The position numbers were made by a program, and so were the translations under genes. The notes below the pieces were generated by a model that did no database searches, had not been told where the DNA came from, and saw only the letters and a list, made by a program, of their open reading frames with translations. Shown here in pieces: positions 38,465-48,373 of a stretch of DNA of 64,000 bases (its first letter is position 1; each line of letters starts with the position of its first letter). The stretch covers positions 7,509-71,508 of the forward strand of contig DVOM01000024.1 in the NCBI GenBank assembly GCA_018713605.1, given 5' to 3'. Source of the DNA: Candidatus Scatocola faecigallinarum (GTDB lineage Bacteria > Pseudomonadota > Alphaproteobacteria > RF32 > CAG-239).

Positions 38465-39009
38465 GATTTTTGTTTTTTTATTGTTATTATTTTTGTTATT
38501 TTCTTTGGAGGGAACTTCGGGAAATATGGGTTTCGGGAAGTTTTATTTGAAAAATTATGTCAGAGATGGAGATTCAAATTCAGCTGATAACCCTTTGGTC
38601 TAACCTAAATTTTATGAATCCTTTTATTCTTTTAAAATAACTGGCCATTGTAATCTAACATAATCCTTATTTGTCGAATTTTAGAATAGCACAAAATTGA
38701 TTAAAAAACAATAAAAACCATATGAATCTCTTTGATTTTTATCGTTTTAACAAAAGTGTAACAATGTTTAAAATGTCCAAGTTTGGACAAAATCGGTTAT
38801 TTTCAGGGAGTCGCCGCCGATGACGTAAGTTTGTGAATTTTAAGACTTTTTTGAAACAAAATGAATCCGCGCAGCTGATGGTTGCACAAATTTAGCAGAA
38901 TCCCGGACTCAAAAAGAAACGAATCGGAGTGTTTTTTGTATTTCGGCGCGAATTTTCCGGAGATGTCCGACTCGGAAAAGCTGTTTTGTGGTATTTGGAC
39001 TTTTTTGAT

Positions 39010-39200
39010 TGTCATTGTCAGGCATTCCTTTTCTCTTTCCTGTCATTTCCGGTTTTGGCGGGGAAAGCCGGAAGATCCCCGGGTTAAACCCGGGGATGAC
39101 ATCAGAGGTAGGGTAAACCCGGGGATGACGCCAGGGGAGATGTCCGGGACAAGCCTGAACATGACAGATAAAAGAAAGCCCGAATATGACGGAAAGGACG
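39010..39200. repeat. Palindromic repeat cluster forming the right boundary of the low-GC insert
   Basis: CTGTCATTTCCGGTTTTGGCGGGGAAAGCCGGAAGATCCCCGGGTTAAACCCGGGGATGACA, then GGGTAAACCCGGGGATGACG, then GGGGAGATGTCCGGGACAAGCCTGAACATGACA. The last unit is an inverted copy of the unit at 14511-14544. Confidence 0.8.
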
Positions 39201-39348
39201 GAGAAAGGGATAAGTCTGAAAAACTAATATTTTTCTTGAAGAATCAATTGATATGTTATAGATTCGCAGACAGTTCAAAGAATCGGCCTGCGCCTTTCGG
39301 GGCGTGTGGCCATGTTTTAACAATATAGCTATAGGAGCTGAAACAACA

Positions 39349-42045
<2,697 letters not shown>

Positions 42046-42082
42046 AAAACTCTGTATAATGGCTGACTAATACAGAAAGTAC

Positions 42083-42140
42083 GAGAGGCGGAAAATTCAT
42101 GTAGGTTTGTCTACACTAAAATTTTCCGCCCTCTTTTTTC
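42083..42140 (+). terminator. Rho-independent terminator of ppdK
   Basis: GAGGCGGAAAATT...AAATTTTCCGCCCTC followed by TTTTTT. Confidence 0.8.
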
Positions 42141-42475
42141 TTATTATTCCGCTCATTCTCCAGAGTTTTTTTGTGTAAAAAAATAAGTCCTTTTAGGCTA
42201 AGTTACGTACGTTGATGTACGCGCCTGTCGCCTAAAAGGCTTTTTCTTATTATAATCCTCGTATATCGGCTTTTGTTTTTTCTCTTCTCTTTTTATTGTT
42301 TTGCGTATTTTCCTGAGTTTGGAAAAAGCCAGGTTCAGGCTTTTCCGATATGGCTTTAGCTTTGCCGCGTGAAACGATTATTGTATGAGGGCGAAAAGAG
42401 GTTTCGGGGCGCCTTTTTTATTGTTTTTTAAGGTTCGTGGTATATGTATTTGTTCAAATACAGGTGAGGTGTGAA

Positions 42476-43063
42476 ATGAAACCGTATAACCAGGGAAATG
42501 TCGATTTTTTCTGCGGCATTTATGCCGTTATCAACGCATGTCGTTATGCCGGGCGCAAATATCATATTTTCAGCTTTAAGGAGGGCTGCGCGTTTTATCA
42601 GCATATGATGCAGTTTCTGCTGGACAAAGGGCTGTTTGAAGAGGTTCTCTATCATGGCTCTTCTTTTGAAATTATGCAGATGTATTTGGAACAGGCCTGT
42701 AAGTACATGTATGAGCATTATCGGCTGCGGTTGTTCTATAAGCGGCCGTTTACATGGATGGACATGCCGCTTGAACGGGCGACCAGAGTCATCGCCAAAT
42801 ATCTGACGGCGCCGAACACGGCCTCAATAATTCGCTTTGAAAACAAAGACTGCGGCGACCTCTGGTCAATAATCCGGGCGGTGCCGTTTCCGCTGAGCAG
42901 GTTTAAACTGTTTGACAGTTATCTGTATCCGCATTTGGATACAGGCAGCTGTCGTTGGGAAAAAGGCAAAAAATGCAGTTATGTACCGCGCGAGGGGATT
43001 ATTTTTGTTAAAATCGCACCCGAAAAGCCGGATAAGTTGTCAGATGATATTGACAAAAACTGA
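42476..43063 (+). CDS. Hypothetical protein with an N-terminal Q-x6-C-G motif
   Basis: 195 aa from ATG 42476, preceded by a GGTGAGGTG SD. The N-terminus reads MKPYNQGNVDFFCGIYAVINACRY. No family recognised. Confidence 0.55.
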   Translation: MKPYNQGNVDFFCGIYAVINACRYAGRKYHIFSFKEGCAFYQHMMQFLLDKGLFEEVLYHGSSFEIMQMYLEQACKYMYEHYRLRLFYKRPFTWMDMPLERATRVIAKYLTAPNTASIIRFENKDCGDLWSIIRAVPFPLSRFKLFDSYLYPHLDTGSCRWEKGKKCSYVPREGIIFVKIAPEKPDKLSDDIDKN

Positions 43064-43178
43064 TCTTTGATTACATTTACAGCCATAGTTAATATATTTT
43101 TTAGGAGTATTTTGTTTTTTGAAAACATTTTAAGCCTCAGGCTTTACCATATTTTTATAACGTTTTAATTTTTATAGT

Positions 43179-43658
43179 ATGAAGGAAAATCTTCTCTCCA
43201 AAAAAGATGCCAAAGTTCAGCTTGAACGGCTTGGCATAATTGTAAAGGAAGACGACGTGCAAATAGGCCGTTTTTTCCTGATTGAAAATCCCGGCAGCGG
43301 CAAAGTGACGGTTTCGCCTTTTTGCGTCTGTGGGGAAGGCGTAACCGGATTGGGCGTTTGTTTCGTGTATTACTATCACGGAATTCTGACTGAAAACCGG
43401 TATCGGAATTTTGTTTACAGCTGCATGAATTTTCTGATTCCCGACAACAGGAAGAAAACTTATGCCGTTTATGTCCGGGCTTTCAGCGGCAAACACAGCC
43501 GTTTTCCGGAATTTGTGCTGAAAGAAAATTCTGAAATGATCCGTTATGATCTGCCCGGACATTCGTTTATGGCCGATGCCGGCGAATGGGTAGTTGTTGA
43601 CGGCAGAATCGTTGCGGCAAAGGCGGTTTTCAAAACCCCGGTTGCCATGCGCGGATAA
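43179..43658 (+). CDS. Hypothetical protein
   Basis: A 159-aa ORF followed by a clear terminator. No family recognised. Confidence 0.5.
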   Translation: MKENLLSKKDAKVQLERLGIIVKEDDVQIGRFFLIENPGSGKVTVSPFCVCGEGVTGLGVCFVYYYHGILTENRYRNFVYSCMNFLIPDNRKKTYAVYVRAFSGKHSRFPEFVLKENSEMIRYDLPGHSFMADAGEWVVVDGRIVAAKAVFKTPVAMRG

Positions 43659-43664
43659 TTTGTT

Positions 43665-43705
43665 ACGACAGGTTTGTCCTAAGGGGCAGACCTGTCGTTT
43701 GTTTT
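43665..43705 (+). terminator. Rho-independent terminator
   Basis: ACGACAGGT...ACCTGTCGT followed by TTGTTTT. Confidence 0.7.
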
Positions 43706-43730
43706 AAATAAATTTGACGGCTTATGAATA

Positions 43731-43759
43731 TTGACAAAATTTGTCCAGAGTGGTATTTT
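43731..43759 (+). promoter_or_regulatory. Sigma70-like promoter TTGACA-N17-TATTTT
   Basis: Exact -35 consensus at 43731-43736 and -10 at 43754-43759, about 65 nt upstream of the 43824 ATG. Confidence 0.5.
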
Positions 43760-43823
43760 GCGGGTCGATTGATATTAAGAATATGCGAGAGTATTACTAT
43801 AGTTTAATTTAAATTGAAAAATC

Positions 43824-44606
43824 ATGGAAAAGAAAGTTATCATTTCAGACCTGACATTGTCAGCCGCTGAAGGTGTTGCAGAAACAAAGGCCAAACGTTT
43901 TTGGGAAAACCGCATGAAACCTTATGAAAAAGTCAGGTTTCTGGCCGGGCATTTTGACCGTTTTATCGAGTATAATCCCGAATATGTTCAGGAAGGTCCG
44001 ATTCAGATTGTCGTTTCGGCGACCAAAGACGTCGGCGCTTATCAGATCGGGCCGGACGAATATATGGAAGACGTGCTGGTTTCCAGAACGCCTCTGCGCG
44101 GGGCAAAATATTTTGTGGCCCTGCTCGGCGAAGCCAGAAACTGTGCAAGTTCTCACCGACGTTTCCAGCGTTGTCTGTATGCAAATACATTTTATCTGCA
44201 TATTGACGGCAAAGGGATTATTCATCTTGACAGGCTGTTGGACAACAATGACTGGCTTTTTGCCGACCGCGTTGACCGCGCTCTGGAGATTGCGGTTAAG
44301 CGTCTGGGCGGAAAAATGTCTGAAGAGGAAAAGCCGCAGTGGTGCGATTTTTCCTACGGCGAAATCAAAGATTTCGGCCGGGTCGGATATTATGTTGCCA
44401 AAGACGGCCGGAAACGTCTGATTATCTGCATGCTCAATTCCGGAACAATTTTGCCGGAACTTGATGCCAATGATGTCAAGCTTTCCGTTTTGTCTAGAAA
44501 AGGCGAATATTCCGATATGGTAAATCCGCTGCTGCGTTTCAGAATGCTGTCCAATAACATTGTTGCCCGTGTCAGTGCGGACAATGTAAATGCGTTTATG
44601 CGATGA
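43824..44606 (+). CDS. Hypothetical protein, paralog 1 of a tandem pair
   Basis: 260 aa. It aligns with the next gene over roughly 200 aa: YNPEYVQEGPIQIVVSA / YNPGYEQEGPMQIAVSA and LIICMLNSGTIL / VLICMPNSGAIL. Confidence 0.6.
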   Translation: MEKKVIISDLTLSAAEGVAETKAKRFWENRMKPYEKVRFLAGHFDRFIEYNPEYVQEGPIQIVVSATKDVGAYQIGPDEYMEDVLVSRTPLRGAKYFVALLGEARNCASSHRRFQRCLYANTFYLHIDGKGIIHLDRLLDNNDWLFADRVDRALEIAVKRLGGKMSEEEKPQWCDFSYGEIKDFGRVGYYVAKDGRKRLIICMLNSGTILPELDANDVKLSVLSRKGEYSDMVNPLLRFRMLSNNIVARVSADNVNAFMR

Positions 44607-45352
44607 ACAGCTATAAGATTTCCCGAGTGCCGGTTGTCGGCGGCGGGAAGAGAGAACGGCGGACTCCGTTTTCGCAGAGAGTTGACGAACTTGCGGACAA
44701 TTTGAAGGGCTTTTTTGCCTATAATCCCGGTTATGAGCAGGAAGGTCCGATGCAAATTGCCGTGTCGGCAAGGGTAGACGAAGGAACCTACCAGTATGCG
44801 CCGGACAAATATGCCGAAAACATTCTGGTTTCCAAAACGCCGCGCAAAGGTGCCGATTTTTTTGTCGCAGGCCTTGGCGCATCCCGTCTTCCCGGCGGCA
44901 GAAACGTCGGCAAACGCTGCCATTATTCCCGAACCTATTATGTCTGGAAAGATGGCGAAGGCTATTGTTGCAGGCTCTTGCTCAACAACGGCGAACAGCT
45001 TGTTGCCAAAAAGGCGGACGCGGCTCTGGACTGGATAATCGCCCGGGTCGGAGGCACGGCGCTGCAAGACGGTTCCGGCTGGTTTCGTTTCCGGCTGGAA
45101 GACGGTCTGAATTCGCTGGGCAGAATCAGGTGTTACTGGGATAAGGACGAAGAGCTGAGGGTGCTGATTTGCATGCCCAATTCGGGTGCAATTCTTGATT
45201 ATGCGTCTTTTGACGTGGAAATCGGCGAAGTTTTGCAGCCGGGGCATTATTATTCGACCCGTTTTCTGAACTTTATGCTGAACGGGCTGGATAACCTGCA
45301 GAGCAACCAGACGCTTTCGCAGAAAGAACTGAACGATGATTTGACGCCATGA
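44603..45352 (+). CDS. Hypothetical protein, paralog 2 of a tandem pair
   Basis: 249 aa. Its start forms an ATGA overlap with the upstream stop, which indicates translational coupling. Confidence 0.6.
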   Translation: MNSYKISRVPVVGGGKRERRTPFSQRVDELADNLKGFFAYNPGYEQEGPMQIAVSARVDEGTYQYAPDKYAENILVSKTPRKGADFFVAGLGASRLPGGRNVGKRCHYSRTYYVWKDGEGYCCRLLLNNGEQLVAKKADAALDWIIARVGGTALQDGSGWFRFRLEDGLNSLGRIRCYWDKDEELRVLICMPNSGAILDYASFDVEIGEVLQPGHYYSTRFLNFMLNGLDNLQSNQTLSQKELNDDLTP

Positions 45353-45356
45353 CGTT

Positions 45357-45395
45357 AAAGAGCGGGTTTCCCGAAAGGAAACGCCGCTCTTTTTG
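45357..45395 (+). terminator. Rho-independent terminator
   Basis: AGAGCGGGTTTCC-CGAA-AGGAAACGCCGCTCT followed by TTTT. Confidence 0.8.
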
Positions 45396-45664
45396 TATAT
45401 ACGGAAGTTTTACGGAATCGCTGATTTTAAAGCGTCGCAAACCGATAAAAGGTTATATGTTTTCTCCGGCGGACGCGTTTTGACTCCGGCCGGAGACCGG
45501 CAAAACCGGGCTGAATGGCGGCAAAGGGGCTTTGCTGCAAGTTTTTTTGCATTTTTTGCGGTCTTTTTACTTTTGTTATTGAAAAATAAATTTTTATTGC
45601 TTAAGTTAAAGCTGTATTAGTTGTTTAGCAATTAAAAATATTAAACCCAATTGGAGAATATAAA

Positions 45665-46129
45665 ATGAAAAAACTTTTAAGTTTGTTTTGCGCAATCGCT
45701 TTCTTATCCGGTTGTTCTTCTTTCGGTTCCAACGGCGGCCTGTTCGGCGGCAGCGAATGTGAATCCAGAGAAGCCCGTGACTTCATGGCCAATGCTGAAG
45801 ACAGAGTATTCTTTGCTTTCGACAGCTCGGCTCTTTCCGACAACGCCGTCGAAGTCCTGAATACTCAGGTTAAATGGCTGAAAGACCACAAGAAAGTTAA
45901 CGTCATCGTTCAGGGTTACTGCGATGAGAGAGGTACCCGCGAATACAACCTGGCTTTGGGTGAGCGTCGTGCCAATGCCGTTAAGCAGTATCTGGTATCC
46001 CAGGGCATTGCAGCAGACAGAATCTCTGTAATCTCCTATGGTAAAGAGCGTCCGGCCGTTCTCGGCAACAACGAAGCTGCCTGGGCTCAGAACCGTCGTG
46101 CCGTTACTGTTGTCAAAGCTGCCAACTAA
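45665..46129 (+). CDS. pal: Peptidoglycan-associated lipoprotein Pal
   Basis: Lipobox FLSGC. The OmpA-like domain reads VFFAFDSSALS ... GYCDERGTREYNLALGERRANAV. Confidence 0.92.
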   Translation: MKKLLSLFCAIAFLSGCSSFGSNGGLFGGSECESREARDFMANAEDRVFFAFDSSALSDNAVEVLNTQVKWLKDHKKVNVIVQGYCDERGTREYNLALGERRANAVKQYLVSQGIAADRISVISYGKERPAVLGNNEAAWAQNRRAVTVVKAAN

Positions 46130-46156
46130 TCAGCTTACGGTATCGTAAGAGTTCGA

Positions 46157-46188
46157 AAAGGAACGCGTCTTTAGGCGCGTTCCTTTTT
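46157..46188 (+). terminator. Rho-independent terminator of pal
   Basis: GGAACGCG...CGCGTTCC followed by TTTTT. Confidence 0.75.
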
Positions 46189-46298
46189 ATGTCTGGTGGG
46201 AAACAGGCTTTTTGCGCTTGTGATTATGGAACTTTTATTTTATCTTAGGCTGACAGGCAAAAAAACTGCAACGGGAATAACATTTATTGAGGTCAGAA

Positions 46299-47147
46299 AT
46301 GAAAATGTTCAAAACAATCGCATTGGCTGCCGTTCTGGCGGGATTTTCGGGAACGGCTTTGGCGCAGACGGGGTCTTTTGAGGAAGAACTGGCGCAGCTG
46401 CGGGAAGACGTCACTTTCCTGCAGCGGCAGGTGTATAAGGACAATAATGCCGGCGTTGACAGTCTGACTTCATCAAAGAACGTATCCGTACAAATAGGGC
46501 AGTTTGACGAACTGCTGAGGCAGGTTATCGGGCGTACCGACGAACTGGAATTTAAAATCAAAAAGCTTAACGAACGTCTCGACGTTATGAACAAAGACAT
46601 TGATATCCGTTTTAAACTCCTGGAGGGAAAACCGGTCAGCGGCGGCAGCGGCATGCTGGAGCTTCCGGCTCAAGAAAAGTTTGCGGCGCCGGTGGCTAAA
46701 GACGCGCCAAAGTCAATTGTCGGCGACAGCATTAAGGGCGATGACCTGAAACCGCTGAAAGGTTTTGACGTCAAGGGCATTTATCAGGAAGGTCTGGAAG
46801 CTCTGAAAGCAGGGAATGACAAGCTTGCCGAAGAAAAGTTCAATACTATTCTGAGCAAGTTTCCGGAAGACAGCCTGGCCGGAAATGCTCAGTATTGGCT
46901 GGGAGAAGTTTATTACGGTCGCAAGGATTTTGCCAAGGCGGCTGTGGCTTTTGCCAAAGGTTATGAAAAATACAAGGGGCCGAAAGGGCCGGACAGTCTG
47001 CTGAAACTGGGCATGTCCATGCGCGAGCTGAAGAAAAAAACGGAAGCCTGCGTTGCCTTTATGTCATTGCCGGCGGAGTTTCCGAAAGCCGAAGCGGCGC
47101 TCCTCAGCCGGGCGAAGAGTGAGGCGTCGAAGCTTAACTGCAAGTAA
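46299..47147 (+). CDS. cpoB: Cell-division coordinator CpoB (YbgF)
   Basis: Signal peptide MKMFKTIALAAVLAGFSGTALAQ, an N-terminal coiled coil, and C-terminal TPR-like repeats (AQYWLGEVYYGRKDFAKAAVAF). Confidence 0.85.
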   Translation: MKMFKTIALAAVLAGFSGTALAQTGSFEEELAQLREDVTFLQRQVYKDNNAGVDSLTSSKNVSVQIGQFDELLRQVIGRTDELEFKIKKLNERLDVMNKDIDIRFKLLEGKPVSGGSGMLELPAQEKFAAPVAKDAPKSIVGDSIKGDDLKPLKGFDVKGIYQEGLEALKAGNDKLAEEKFNTILSKFPEDSLAGNAQYWLGEVYYGRKDFAKAAVAFAKGYEKYKGPKGPDSLLKLGMSMRELKKKTEACVAFMSLPAEFPKAEAALLSRAKSEASKLNCK

Positions 47148-47244
47148 GCGGCGGCGTAAACAATCCTTGTCATGTCTGTTCAGCGTTTTGAAAAACTTTG
47201 CGTAACAGGCTTTTAGAGCGATAATCGATGCGACGGTACAAATA

Positions 47245-48312
47245 ATGCTGCGGGAGTTTTTTGAAAAATATCAGATTGGAGATGTGGCGGTTGCGGCCGG
47301 CGTTTCCGGCGGAGCCGATTCACTGGCGCTGCTTTTTCAGCTTGACGCCTTTTTGCGTCCGCAGGGCCGGCGGGTTATTGCCCTGACTGTTGACCATGGC
47401 CTGCGTCCGGAATCCCGCGACGAGGCCGAATATGTTGCAAAACTGGCGGCAGAACGTCAAATCGAACACCATATTTTAACCTGGGAGGGGAAAAAGCCGG
47501 AAAAAGGCATTGAGGAAGCGGCGCGCACTGCCCGTTACGGCCTTCTTTGCGGCTGGTGCCGGGATAATGGCGTCGGTACGCTGGCGGTGGCGCATCACCT
47601 GCTGGATCAGGCGGAGACCTTTTTTATGCGTTTGCAGCGAGGCAGCGGTCTCAACGGCTTGTGCGGCATGGCGCCGCTCAGCGAAAAAAACGGCGTCAGG
47701 CTGATTAGACCCTTTTTGCAGGTTCATCCCGAGCGATTGAAAGAATTTCTGCGTGAACGCGGCGTTTCTTGGGCGGAAGACCCCTTCAACCGTTGCGACG
47801 ACTATCTGCGGGTGCGGGTACGCAAATTTTTGCCGCAGCTGGCGGCGACGCTGGACATTACGCCGGAGCGGATTGCCGACACGATGTCGGTTTTGGCGCG
47901 GAGCCGCGATTGTCTGGAAGAACAGGCAGCGCAATTTGTTGATCGTTATGTCCGCCGGTACGAAAAGGCCGGGTTTTCGGTTTCCCGTCTGCAATTGGCC
48001 GGGCTGCATGCGGAAGTCTGTTTTCGGGTGCTTTGCTTTCTGTTGAAAGAAACCGGCCGGCGCGATTATATTCCGCGGGCCGATGATGTTGACAGGTTGC
48101 AGCGCCGGCTGTTTGATGAGAATTTTCGCGGTGCGACGCTGGCCGGCTGCGAAATCGTTCCGTTTCGGAACAGGCTGTGGATTGTTCCCGAACTTAAGGG
48201 ACAAGTCCGGCTTTCCAAAAAGGACTGGGGGGCTTATGCCGCATTGCATCCGCAGTACGGCAGGCTTGCGCTCCCCTACAAGCTGAAACTCAGCCTTTAT
48301 AAAAGCTCTTGA
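47245..48312 (+). CDS. tilS: tRNA(Ile)-lysidine synthase
   Basis: PP-loop motif VSGGADSLAL. It sits in the conserved position between cpoB and ftsH. Confidence 0.85.
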   Translation: MLREFFEKYQIGDVAVAAGVSGGADSLALLFQLDAFLRPQGRRVIALTVDHGLRPESRDEAEYVAKLAAERQIEHHILTWEGKKPEKGIEEAARTARYGLLCGWCRDNGVGTLAVAHHLLDQAETFFMRLQRGSGLNGLCGMAPLSEKNGVRLIRPFLQVHPERLKEFLRERGVSWAEDPFNRCDDYLRVRVRKFLPQLAATLDITPERIADTMSVLARSRDCLEEQAAQFVDRYVRRYEKAGFSVSRLQLAGLHAEVCFRVLCFLLKETGRRDYIPRADDVDRLQRRLFDENFRGATLAGCEIVPFRNRLWIVPELKGQVRLSKKDWGAYAALHPQYGRLALPYKLKLSLYKSS

Positions 48313-48373
48313 GTTTTGGGCAAATCCTCCCTATATATGAATAAGCTGTAATTTTAAACTGTAAGGAAACACG

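Larger units (their letters stand above)
34461..39200. other. Putative horizontally acquired two-gene insert
   Basis: Lower GC in hand-sampled lines (about 45-47% against about 55-60% in the deo operon). It has different translation-initiation signals, is bracketed by direct repeats, and has an AT-rich upstream region at 38465-38800. Confidence 0.5.

Noticed and set aside
38465-38800. A Bacteroidota-type promoter (TAnnTTTG at -7) upstream of the 949-aa gene
   Set aside because: I found only an imperfect TGAATTTG about 115 nt upstream of the ATG and no matching -33 TTTG. That is not enough to call a promoter.
34461-39200. A classical mobile element (IS, integron, prophage or ICE) carrying the low-GC insert
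   Set aside because: I found no transposase, integrase, recombinase, tRNA attachment site or terminal inverted repeats. Only host-type palindromic repeat units flank it. I therefore call it an insert or island of unknown mechanism, not a mobile element.
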